From Ascoidea asiatica JCM 7603 (Eukaryota; Fungi; Ascomycota): a stretch of DNA of 32,472 bases. The position numbers were made by a program, and so were the translations under genes. Position 1 is the stretch's first letter. Each line of letters starts with the position of its first letter. The notes under the pieces were generated by a model. The model made no database searches and was not told the DNA's origin. It saw only the letters and a list, made by a program, of their open reading frames with translations. Location: positions 1,364,055 to 1,396,526 of the forward strand of contig BCKQ01000002.1 in assembly GCA_001600695.1 (NCBI GenBank), written 5' to 3'. Shown here piece after piece: positions 12,760 to 21,855 of the stretch.

Positions 12760-13262
12760 GCATTGAATCAGTTCTGGAGTATATTTGTGGTTGTGGTTGT
12801 TATTATCATTACCATACACTAACAGCATTATCTTCTATCTCTCTTCTATCCATGGCAGTTATTGCAGCTATTGCAGTTATTGTTATTGTTATTGTGGTGG
12901 ATTTGAGACAGCCCGGGGAAGCAGAGAAGCAGACCCGTGTGCCTGGTCTCTGCCTGGTCTCTGCCTGGCTCCTCTCGCCACGTGCCCACCGTCACCTGCC
13001 ACCACCGCCAATAACGAAAGCGAGTCCCTTGTCTGGTGCTGTTTCTTGTCTGGTGCTGTTCCTTGTTCTGTTCCTTGTTTCCCCGGCGGCGTGTCCTGAC
13101 ATTGCTCAGTGTCAGTCCCTGCTCCCCGGCCACCTGTCCCGGATGCGTGTCCCTGTCCGCCTGAGATGAGATCTGGAGACTTTCTGGCTGTGAATGAGTG
13201 CATCTGTAACAGTAACAGTAACAATAGCAGTTAGTTATCACTGCTACCACTGCTATTTAAAT
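12760..13262 (+). promoter_or_regulatory. GC-rich promoter island of the phosphoglucomutase gene
   Basis: Five SYGGRG (Mig1/CreA-type) matches: CTGGAG 12774 and 13173, CCGGGG 12913, CCCCGG 13081 and 13124; CACGTG 12979-12984; TATA-like TATTTAAA 13254-13261 followed by (TA)n and a G-poor leader. Confidence 0.6.
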
Positions 13263-13438
13263 ACTCAGTTTCCCTACTGTACAACTAATATATATATATA
13301 TATATAATTTTAAAATTACCTTTATTTCCATTTACTTTTACTTTCTATTTCAATTCAATTCACTTTATCTCAAATAATCTCAAATAATCTCGACTCAATT
13401 CAATTCAAATCAATAATTTATCAAATAATTTATTAAAA

Positions 13439-15169
13439 ATGATACCAGAATATAAAACTATTGAAGTTTCAACAATTCCATATCTTGATCAAAAACCAGG
13501 TACTTCTGGTTTACGTAAAAAAGTTAAAATTTTTCAAAAAAAAAATTATACAGAAAATTTTATACAATCAATTTTAAATTCAATTCCTCAAGGTTCAAAA
13601 AATTCAACAATTGTTATTGGTGGTGATGGACGTTATTATAATGATGAAGTTATACAAATTATTGCAAATATTTCTGCTGCAAATGGTGTTAAAAAATTAA
13701 TTATTGGTCAAAATGGTATTTTATCAACTCCAGCAACTTCAAATATTATTAGAAATTTTTATAATGATGATCCTTTAAGTAAAATTGATAATAATGATAA
13801 AATTATTGGTGGTATAATCTTAACTGCTTCTCATAATCCTGGTGGTCCAAATAATGATTTAGGTATAAAATATAATTTATCAAATGGTGCTCCAGCTCCA
13901 GAATCTTTAACAAATAAAATGTTTGAAATTTCAAAAAATTTAAAATCTTATAAATTTATAAATTTAAATAAAATTAATTTAAATCAAATTTCTATAAAAA
14001 AATATGGTCCTTTAATTATTCAAATTATTAATTCAACTTTTAATTATGTTAAAATGTTAAAAGAAATTTTTGATTTTAATTTAATAAAATCTTTTATTAA
14101 TAAAAATCAAAAATTAGGTTTTAAATTATTATTTGATTCTCTTAATGGTGTTACTGGTCCATATGGTAAATCTATATTTATTGATGAATTAAATTTACCA
14201 ATTAATTCTATTCAAAATTTTATACCAAAAAAAGATTTTGGTGGTTTACATCCTGATCCAAATTTAACTTATGCTAAAACTTTAGTTCAAAGAGTTGATA
14301 ATGAAAATATTGCTTTTGGTGCTGCTTCTGATGGTGATGGTGATAGAAATATGATTTATGGTGCTGGAGCTTTTGTATCTCCTGGTGATTCTGTAGCAAT
14401 AATTGCTGAATATGCAAATTCTATACCATATTTTAAAAAAAATGGTATTTATGGTTTAGCTAGATCTATGCCAACTTCTGGTGCTTTAGATTTAGTTGCA
14501 ATTAATAAAAATTTAAAAATTTATGAAGTACCAACTGGTTGGAAATTTTTTTGTGCTTTATTTGATAATAAAAAATTATCAATTTGTGGTGAAGAAAGTT
14601 TTGGTACTGGTTCTATTCATATTAGAGAAAAAGATGGTTTATGGGCAATTATGGCTTGGTTAAATATTTTAGCATATTATGATTCAATTAATCCAAATTT
14701 AAAAAATTTTGCTTCAATAAAAATTATTCAAGATAATTTTTGGTTAAAATATGGTAGAACTTTTTTTACAAGATATGATTATGAAAATTGTAAAATTGAA
14801 AATGCAAATAATCTTATAAATAATTTAAAATTAAAAATTAATAATAAAAATTTTATTAATTCAAAAATTTTTAATAATTTAATTGTCTTAGATTCTGGTG
14901 ATTTTGAATATACTGATTTAGATGGTTCAATTTCTAAAAATCAAGGTTTATTTATTAAACTTTCAAATGGTTTAAGATTTATTATTAGATTATCTGGTAC
15001 TGGTTCTTCTGGTGCAACTATTAGATTATATATTGAATTACATTCAAATAATCCAAATACTTATCAATTACCTGTTGATGAATTCTTAAAAGATCATATA
15101 AATAATATCACTTCATTTTTAAAATTTAATGAATTTATTGGTCGTGATGAACCTGATGTACGTACTTAA
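13439..15169 (+). CDS. PGM2: Phosphoglucomutase (Pgm1/Pgm2 family), 576 aa
   Basis: DQKPGTSGLRKK N-terminus, catalytic TASHNP, metal-binding DGDGDR, sugar-binding GEESFG, RLSGTGSSGATIRLY, C-terminal GRDEPDVRT. Co-orthologue of S. cerevisiae PGM1/PGM2. Confidence 0.98.
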   Translation: MIPEYKTIEVSTIPYLDQKPGTSGLRKKVKIFQKKNYTENFIQSILNSIPQGSKNSTIVIGGDGRYYNDEVIQIIANISAANGVKKLIIGQNGILSTPATSNIIRNFYNDDPLSKIDNNDKIIGGIILTASHNPGGPNNDLGIKYNLSNGAPAPESLTNKMFEISKNLKSYKFINLNKINLNQISIKKYGPLIIQIINSTFNYVKMLKEIFDFNLIKSFINKNQKLGFKLLFDSLNGVTGPYGKSIFIDELNLPINSIQNFIPKKDFGGLHPDPNLTYAKTLVQRVDNENIAFGAASDGDGDRNMIYGAGAFVSPGDSVAIIAEYANSIPYFKKNGIYGLARSMPTSGALDLVAINKNLKIYEVPTGWKFFCALFDNKKLSICGEESFGTGSIHIREKDGLWAIMAWLNILAYYDSINPNLKNFASIKIIQDNFWLKYGRTFFTRYDYENCKIENANNLINNLKLKINNKNFINSKIFNNLIVLDSGDFEYTDLDGSISKNQGLFIKLSNGLRFIIRLSGTGSSGATIRLYIELHSNNPNTYQLPVDEFLKDHINNITSFLKFNEFIGRDEPDVRT

Positions 15170-15224
15170 TTCTATTAATTATTTCTTTTTCTCATTCTCT
15201 CTATCTTCTCTTTCTTTTTCTTAT

Positions 15225-15275
15225 AATATTCATAATATTCATAATATTCATAATATTCATAATACTCATAATATA
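15225..15275. repeat. 9-bp tandem repeat (TCATAATAT-like) about 5 copies between convergent PGM and MTG1
   Basis: ataatattc ataatattc ataatattc ataatattc ataatactc ataatatac read directly. Confidence 0.85.
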
Positions 15276-15384
15276 CATATTTTTTTTTATAACCATATCT
15301 CATTCATATTTAACGCCATTAGTAATACTATAACCATATTTTTTAATAAACACAGTGATATATATCATATATCATCATAATACA

Positions 15385-16578
15385 CTATTTATTAAAATAA
15401 TCTTTATTTTTACTAACTAAATTAAATAATAAATTTGATTCTTTACTTATTTTTTCCTTAAATGTTAAATTTTGTAATTTTATTAAATCTTTATTATTAA
15501 TTTTATTATTTAATGAATCTATTCGAATTCTTTCTTCATTAAATTCATTAATAAATTTTTCTTTTGATAAAATTAATTCATTATCAAATAAACATTTTCC
15601 TTCTTTACCTTGTCTCCAATTTTCAATCCACCAACATGCTGTACCAATCTCATCAAAATTTGTTGAAATTCCTTTTAATTTTTTTTTTATACTTTTTGAA
15701 TTTTTTAAATTTCTTGAATTCATATTATTATTTGATTTTCCAATTTTTTTAGATATATAATATAATAATTTATATATATTATTTGTTGGTTTTGAATAAT
15801 AATTTGAATATAATTTACCACTTGAATCTTGCTTATTTAATATATATAATAAATAATCTGCTTGAATTATTGGATCAATTAATTTACTTTTTATTGATCC
15901 AATTAATGCTAAAATTATCATGGTTTCTGAATTTTTAACTGTTGGTAATGAAACTCCTGGTGTATCATATAATAAAATATCTGGAATTTCACTAATTCTT
16001 ATAATCTCACTTGTCTTTTTTGTTATTCCAGGTTGTCCACCAATTCTTGCAACTTTTTTATAATCTTTACCACCATTTAATCCAATTTTTCTTAAATTAT
16101 TAACTAATGTACTTTTACCAACATTTGGCATTCCAATTATAACTAATCTATATCCTAAAGGTTGTGGTGGATAAATATTTTCAAATTTACTTTTAATTTT
16201 TTTAACTAAACTTTTAATTTTACTAATTTGATTAAAATTTATTAACATAAATTCTTCATTATTATTATGACATTTTTTTAAAATTTTTTCATTTAATTTA
16301 CTTAAATCACTTTTTGAATAAAGAATTAATCTATTCTTACCTTTTAAAACTCTATCAAATAAAACATTTCTTGTACTTATTGGTGCTCTTGAATCTCTAA
16401 CTTCTAAAACAAAATCAATTTGTGGACTTAATGCTGACATTCGTTTTATAGCTTTCAAATGATAACCTTTGAAATCTGCTAATGAAACTTTCACTTCTGG
16501 AAATGAAGTCCTAGGAACAAAAATCTTAGGCAAACTTTTCTTTATCACTAAACCAACACTTTTTAATTCTGATGCCAT
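15385..16578 (-). CDS. MTG1: Mitochondrial ribosome-assembly GTPase Mtg1 (YlqF/RbgA family), 397 aa
   Basis: Circularly permuted GTPase order: LEVRDSRAPIS, G4 SKSDL, G1 GMPNVGKS, G2 PGITK, G3 DTPG; N-terminal FVPRTSFP...DFKGYHLKA as in fungal Mtg1; next to ATP25 as in S. cerevisiae. Confidence 0.92.
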   Translation of the reverse strand: MASELKSVGLVIKKSLPKIFVPRTSFPEVKVSLADFKGYHLKAIKRMSALSPQIDFVLEVRDSRAPISTRNVLFDRVLKGKNRLILYSKSDLSKLNEKILKKCHNNNEEFMLINFNQISKIKSLVKKIKSKFENIYPPQPLGYRLVIIGMPNVGKSTLVNNLRKIGLNGGKDYKKVARIGGQPGITKKTSEIIRISEIPDILLYDTPGVSLPTVKNSETMIILALIGSIKSKLIDPIIQADYLLYILNKQDSSGKLYSNYYSKPTNNIYKLLYYISKKIGKSNNNMNSRNLKNSKSIKKKLKGISTNFDEIGTACWWIENWRQGKEGKCLFDNELILSKEKFINEFNEERIRIDSLNNKINNKDLIKLQNLTFKEKISKESNLLFNLVSKNKDYFNK

Positions 16579-16904
16579 TATGTGTATTAATCTATATATA
16601 TATATAAGATGTAATAAATCTGTATTTGAATTTAATTATACATTATATCCAATCAATAATCTGTTATAAAAATTAAATAGTAACTTAACTCAAAATATAA
16701 TTTTGGTGGGGGATTAAAATTCAACCAAGTTTTTTTCAGACTTTGAACGGGATTCAAACTTTCACTAAAATTTGATTCGAAAATTTTATTATCAAAGACT
16801 CTGTTAAGTTTAATCCAAATATAATAGAGAAAAGTTCATTTCAACAAATAATAGATAATAATATCTATAACTCAAACAAGTGATATAAAGAAAATATAAA
16901 TCAA

Positions 16905-17780
16905 ATGCCTTTGGTTATTTTAACAGGATATCCATCTTCTGGAAAAACAGTGGTAGCTAAAAAGTTAAAAGATCTTCTTACAAAAAAAATTGAAAAACTT
17001 CCTTCAAATTCAAAAGCATCAAAATTTAAAGTTATTTATCACTCAGATGAAACACTTGGAATAAATCATAATGATTATAGAGAATCAATCACAGAAAAAA
17101 GTGCTAGAGGTCTTCAAATGTCTGCTGTTAAAAGAGATATAAGTGATTCAAATATTGTGATACTAGATTCTCTAGCTTATATAAAAGGATTTCGTTATCA
17201 ACTTTTTTGTGAGTCAAAATTAGTTTCAACAACTCATTGTGTTATTAATGTTGTTGCACCTTTAAAAACATGTTTAGAATATAACTCCTTAAAACCAATA
17301 AATGAAAGATGGGATGAAGATTTAATGAATCAATTAATAATGAGATTTGAAGAACCTAATGGGAATAACAGATGGGATTCTCCTTTAATTACTATAACTT
17401 ATGACTATAAAGAGTTACCAATCGATCAAGTTTGGGCTGCTTTAATAACAAATAAGAAATTGAAGCCTAATGCTGCAACAGTGGTGAAACCTTTTGCTTC
17501 TGGAAATTATATAAATACTTTAGACAAATCTACTCAAGAAGTTATATCTAAAATATCTCAATTTCAAAAATTACAATCATATGGAGGACGAGTTTTAATT
17601 ATTAGAGCAGCTTCTGAAGACGATAAAGATACATATGTTGATCTTCCAGGTTCAGTATCTATTGCTCAATTACAGAGAATAAGAAGGTCATTTATTTCAT
17701 TAAATAAAGTAAGGGCTCTCGATGTTGAAAGAATCATTCCCTTATTTGTAGAATACATAAACAAAAGTTTGAATGAATAA
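16905..17780 (+). CDS. KTI12: Elongator-associated P-loop protein Kti12, 291 aa
   Basis: MPLVILTGYPSSGKT P-loop, IVILDSLAYIKGFRYQLFCESK, MRFEEPNGNNRWDSPL, SIAQLQRIRRSFISLNK. Confidence 0.96.
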   Translation: MPLVILTGYPSSGKTVVAKKLKDLLTKKIEKLPSNSKASKFKVIYHSDETLGINHNDYRESITEKSARGLQMSAVKRDISDSNIVILDSLAYIKGFRYQLFCESKLVSTTHCVINVVAPLKTCLEYNSLKPINERWDEDLMNQLIMRFEEPNGNNRWDSPLITITYDYKELPIDQVWAALITNKKLKPNAATVVKPFASGNYINTLDKSTQEVISKISQFQKLQSYGGRVLIIRAASEDDKDTYVDLPGSVSIAQLQRIRRSFISLNKVRALDVERIIPLFVEYINKSLNE

Positions 17781-17786
17781 AAAAAT

Positions 17787-17794
17787 TATATACA
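17787..17794 (-). promoter_or_regulatory. Candidate Puf3 element (UGUAUAUA) in the ATP25 3' UTR
   Basis: + strand TATATACA = TGTATATA on the ATP25 strand, ~20 nt after its stop; Puf3 targets mRNAs for mitochondrial gene-expression factors in Saccharomycotina. Lacks the favoured C at -2. Confidence 0.5.
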
Positions 17795-17814
17795 TAGATC
17801 AATTAGTTTTAATC

Positions 17815-19869
17815 TTAATTTTCTTCATTATCTAAAAGTTGTTTTCTCAACTCAACATATTTTGTTCCATCAAAATCAATTTTTTCAAGCATTTGATTAA
17901 TTCCATTTTTAATATCTCTATCAATTTTAATTTCATTTTTCTCTATAGATTTTGGAAGAACAGTATCTAAAAAGTATTCAATTTCATTATCATTCTCTAA
18001 TTCATTAAGATATTTAATTAAAAAATCCCATGGTCTTGAATCATTAGAAAGATTCATTACGTCCATTTCTTGGTTTTTAGCAGAAATAATAGCGTCTCGA
18101 GAGTATCTAAGATTGTAACTGGTTTCCCAAATAAACCAGAATAGTTCCCAATCATTACAAGATGCTAGGATTGTTAAATATAAACAGTACATTTTATTCT
18201 TTATTTCTAGTGGAACATCTTTTTGTGCATCTATTATATGACCAATAACTTTTGAAATAAATCTTGTGTAAGTAGGAACAACAATTTTTTTTTTTTTCAC
18301 ATTTAATGTATTTGAAAGTTTACTAATAGGAGAATAAGAAATTTTTGGATCAATTTTTTTTAAACAGGATGAAACATTTGTTCCAAGTTGAATCATTAAG
18401 AAAATTAATTCGTGATTGAGCACTAAGTTTTGAGTTCTGAGAATGAAACAATCTTTCAAAATATCGGCTAAATGTCTATATTTCACTCTGAGAATTTTTT
18501 GAGTTTTTGCTGGTGAATCAATTTTTCCAAGTTGAGGTGTATGAATCATAGATACAATAAATATTTTAAGATCTTCTTGAGTTAACATATACCCACAAGA
18601 TTGTTTTTCATAAAGAACATTTTTGATATCAGTAATGCTAACTGCTTCAGGATTGATAAAATGAACTGTTTCCATAAATTCATAATATATTTTCCAGTGA
18701 TCTGCATTGGGTAGTAAAGGAAAATGATCTTTAAAGCTTGCCACTAATTGTCTATTTGAAATGGTTTTTCGTGCATAATCAAATGTAATATTATAAAGAT
18801 GATTGCAAAAAGACTTCAAAATATAAGTTGAAATAGTATCATCTACTTTTATCTCATTTGATCTTATATATTTAATTATATTTGAAAATTCACCAGTATC
18901 AGAAAGTTCTTTGACTTTTTCTATATTGGAAGTTACTACTTGATCATCATAATTTTCAATAGATTTTATATTATCTTGAGCAACTGAATTAAATGAGCTT
19001 GTATGAAAAGACCTTATTCCAGAAAAAATATTATCATTATCTATCGTATCAGACTTAGGTTTACGATAATATTGATCTCTTTTGGATTTTGGTGACCATA
19101 ACAATTCTAAGTTTAACTCGTATCTTCTTTCTTCGGTCAAAAGATGAATATAAATTCCATTACATTTTGTATCTATCATAATCCAACTATTTGGAGTAGA
19201 AGCTTCAGATAAACCAAAATAGTTATCAACTGAACTAGAGGTAGTCTTTTTAGCTTGTTTCCTTAATTTTTTCTGTTTAGCTATAGAAGTTGAAGTTTTA
19301 TCAACTCCATCGACATAAGGAACTGTACCAAATGTTTTTTTGAAAAACTGACTTAATGCCTTTGAAGCCTTAACTAAATGCTTTTCAGATTTTCCTGTAG
19401 TCAATATCATATATTTTGAAAAATCTTTGGCACCAATATCATCTTCTTTCAATTCACCTATATCCAATATTTTAATATCTTCAAGTCCCAAACGCGTAGC
19501 TAATTCTTTGGTGATAGTTGATAATGATTCTGGAGATCCTTCTGGCATTTCTGGAATTTTATTAGCATTTAAAGGCACAGCTAATTCAGAAGAGTTATTT
19601 TCACGCATATACCAAGGAACAGCAGAATCATTTTCTGGAGTTATTGAAGATTCAGATTGAATATCCTCATTTTGTGTTTTTTCAACTGAGTTATCAGATT
19701 CTTTTACACCAATTTGGGTTTCTGAATCATCCTTTGAAATTTCACTTGAAGTTTTTCTTATTTGATATCTGGGATTGAAAATTAAGGATCCTTTCCTTCC
19801 TATTGTCAAGGACTGTGAAAACCCGACCTTCAATGCCCTTTTTTTAGCTAGACTAATACCTGCAAACAT
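17815..19869 (-). CDS. ATP25: Mitochondrial ATPase synthesis protein Atp25 (RsfS-like N-domain + mRNA-stabilising C-domain), 684 aa
   Basis: Basic presequence; PWY, LGLEDIKILD, MILTTGKSEKHL, SWIMIDT..IYIHLLTEERRYELNLELLW (RsfS/Iojap-like); internal IRSFHTS processing motif; C-terminal NDWELFWFIWE and DSRPW. Confidence 0.88.
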   Translation of the reverse strand: MFAGISLAKKRALKVGFSQSLTIGRKGSLIFNPRYQIRKTSSEISKDDSETQIGVKESDNSVEKTQNEDIQSESSITPENDSAVPWYMRENNSSELAVPLNANKIPEMPEGSPESLSTITKELATRLGLEDIKILDIGELKEDDIGAKDFSKYMILTTGKSEKHLVKASKALSQFFKKTFGTVPYVDGVDKTSTSIAKQKKLRKQAKKTTSSSVDNYFGLSEASTPNSWIMIDTKCNGIYIHLLTEERRYELNLELLWSPKSKRDQYYRKPKSDTIDNDNIFSGIRSFHTSSFNSVAQDNIKSIENYDDQVVTSNIEKVKELSDTGEFSNIIKYIRSNEIKVDDTISTYILKSFCNHLYNITFDYARKTISNRQLVASFKDHFPLLPNADHWKIYYEFMETVHFINPEAVSITDIKNVLYEKQSCGYMLTQEDLKIFIVSMIHTPQLGKIDSPAKTQKILRVKYRHLADILKDCFILRTQNLVLNHELIFLMIQLGTNVSSCLKKIDPKISYSPISKLSNTLNVKKKKIVVPTYTRFISKVIGHIIDAQKDVPLEIKNKMYCLYLTILASCNDWELFWFIWETSYNLRYSRDAIISAKNQEMDVMNLSNDSRPWDFLIKYLNELENDNEIEYFLDTVLPKSIEKNEIKIDRDIKNGINQMLEKIDFDGTKYVELRKQLLDNEEN

Positions 19870-20251
19870 TTTGTCTAAGAGGAATATTATAATGGTTTAT
19901 AGTTAAAGACAGAAACAGGTATTTTAAATATTCAATTGAAGTTTTCAATGATGCTAAAAACAAAAGTTTAAAGAAAATAAAAGAAGTTCAGTGATAATGA
20001 AAAAATAAAAAAACAGTTCTGAATAGACCCGTCGCAGTGGTTTTGTCTGATTTCATATGCTTTCCACTCGTTTTTACAACGATCAATTGTTTATAACTTT
20101 ATTTATCTTTTATTTTATAAACATTGGTATTGAATGAATAATTCAGTGAATAAACAAAAAACAAATTGGCATTAATAACCAGGAATCCTTAAAAACAGAA
20201 GAATTATTGAATTCCTTAATATATTTTCCATATTTCTCTTTCAAAATTTCA

Positions 20252-21727
20252 ATGAACGCAACCGAGAGTGCTCCAGATAAATTATTATCCATAAAGTATA
20301 AAATAAAAGTATGGGAACATTCATATAGAAAAGAGCATAAAAGCCTTCCAACAAAAGAAGCAATTAGAGATAATCCGAGAATATCAGAGTTATATAAACA
20401 GTATAAAAAGCTCAAAAATCCATCTTTATATCAGAAAGGAAAACCTCTGAAAACTGAAGCAAAAATACCCACTCATAAAAGCCGTTCAAATCATCAAAAG
20501 ACACCAATAAATAAAAATAGATATACTTCAAAAAATAAACCTCAGATAAATAAAACACCTTCAACTGAAATATATGAAACCACGGAAATCGGCCCAACAC
20601 CACAAATCAATGGAAGAGTTCTTGGATTATTTGACTTGATTAAAACTCCTCCAATTTCTTCTCCAAATAAACTTTCACAAGGTCAAGATGTGTCAAAGTC
20701 TTCTTCCAAAAGAAAACTAGACTTTGAAGTCGAAGTTGAGGATTCTTCAGAAAATGATAGTGATGAAAATGACGGAGCCTCACTTCAAAATAGTGAAAAT
20801 GAATCCAATAGTAAAATCATGTCTGTAAAAAGAGTAAAATTATCCAATAAAGAAAATAAAAATCCTAATACTCGTAAAGAACTTGATAATATAAATGAAA
20901 TACATAGTACTCCAAAAAAAAATTACAAAATAATAACATCCGAAATCTTAGCTACTCCCCAAAATGCTAAGATACCTTTAATAGGAGAAGAAACTCCAAA
21001 TTATCTCAAGCATGCAAGTGTTGTTGAAATTTCTGAAAATTCAAAAAATGTTTCAGAGTCATATTCATTATTCCCAAGAAAATTCAAAAGACCATCTCAA
21101 TTAGTTTCAGAATTATTTAAAATTCAAGAAGAAATAGATAATGATATTTCTTTTGCTCAATTCAAAGATGCAACTAATGATAATATATCAGATGATTTAG
21201 GAAATAGCGATAATGAAAATGAAGCTAAAAATAACAAAATGGCTAAAGAAAAAGTTAATAGTGAAGAAATACGTACAAATAAGGAAGGAATTGATAAAGA
21301 ATCTGAAGCTGATGATAAGTCTAACAACATGGATATAAGATTTAAAATGAAGTATAAAAAGAAAGATTTTAAAAGAAGTTTTAGGAAACCAAAAATTTTA
21401 CCGAATATTGATTTCAATGAAGATAATAATGCAGAGTTTATTGATAAACAAATAGATGATTTCATAAGAAAGGAAAATGAAATGGTTGAAGAAAATGGAG
21501 AAGATGAAAATTCTGATTCGGAATGGTCGCTTTCAGATGATTCTGGCAATGAAGATGACGATAAGTTACCAGATATTCCAATAAGAAAAGAAGAATCATC
21601 AGAAGTGAAAAAAACTGACAAGGGGAAAAAACCTAGAAAAGGACCTAAATATCAAAATTATGTGAGATTAAAATTAAAAAATAAAAAAAATCGTGGTTTT
21701 AGGGGAAGATCAAGATTCGGTCGATAA
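20252..21727 (+). CDS. SLD2: DNA replication initiation factor Sld2/Drc1
   Basis: N-terminal IKYKIKVWEHSY...PTKEAIRDNPRISELYKQYKKLK; EIGPTPQINGRVLGLFD (Dpb11-binding phospho-Thr region); many S/T-P CDK sites; C-terminal NYVRLKL...RGRSRFGR. Start moved to the first ATG (20252); the track's 20207 start is TTG. Confidence 0.9.
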   Translation: MNATESAPDKLLSIKYKIKVWEHSYRKEHKSLPTKEAIRDNPRISELYKQYKKLKNPSLYQKGKPLKTEAKIPTHKSRSNHQKTPINKNRYTSKNKPQINKTPSTEIYETTEIGPTPQINGRVLGLFDLIKTPPISSPNKLSQGQDVSKSSSKRKLDFEVEVEDSSENDSDENDGASLQNSENESNSKIMSVKRVKLSNKENKNPNTRKELDNINEIHSTPKKNYKIITSEILATPQNAKIPLIGEETPNYLKHASVVEISENSKNVSESYSLFPRKFKRPSQLVSELFKIQEEIDNDISFAQFKDATNDNISDDLGNSDNENEAKNNKMAKEKVNSEEIRTNKEGIDKESEADDKSNNMDIRFKMKYKKKDFKRSFRKPKILPNIDFNEDNNAEFIDKQIDDFIRKENEMVEENGEDENSDSEWSLSDDSGNEDDDKLPDIPIRKEESSEVKKTDKGKKPRKGPKYQNYVRLKLKNKKNRGFRGRSRFGR

Positions 21728-21855
21728 GTTTTTATTATAAATTATTTTTTTTATTTTTCTTATTGAATTACTTTTGAGTAGAACATTAGCATGAATAATT
21801 AAAATTAATGAACATTATTTTATGATGTTTATTTATTTGATAAAATCTATAACTA

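Noticed and set aside
12900-13170. Gal4 site in the PGM promoter
   Set aside because: CGG...CCG pairs have spacings of 9, 14 or 18, not 11.
12855-13230. Imperfect inverted flanks (GTTATT)n and (AGTAAC)n suggesting a MITE
   Set aside because: Both are low-complexity hexamer repeats; no clean TIR or target-site duplication; no second copy in the window.
12785-13250. Four overlapping 104-134-aa ORFs in the PGM upstream island
   Set aside because: Open on both strands because of GC-richness and repeats; mostly non-ATG starts; no recognisable motifs.
15411-15417. TACTAAC branch-point motif (also its complement at 30501)
   Set aside because: Antisense to the MTG1 CDS, or inside an uninterrupted ORF, with no matching donor/acceptor pair.
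16740-16765. GGGATTCAAAC resembling the reverse complement of a tRNA T-loop/B-box
   Set aside because: Lacks the invariant C of GTTC, no A-box, no cloverleaf.
20207-20251. N-terminal extension of SLD2 in the ORF track
   Set aside because: Begins at TTG; first ATG at 20252 sits just before the conserved domain.
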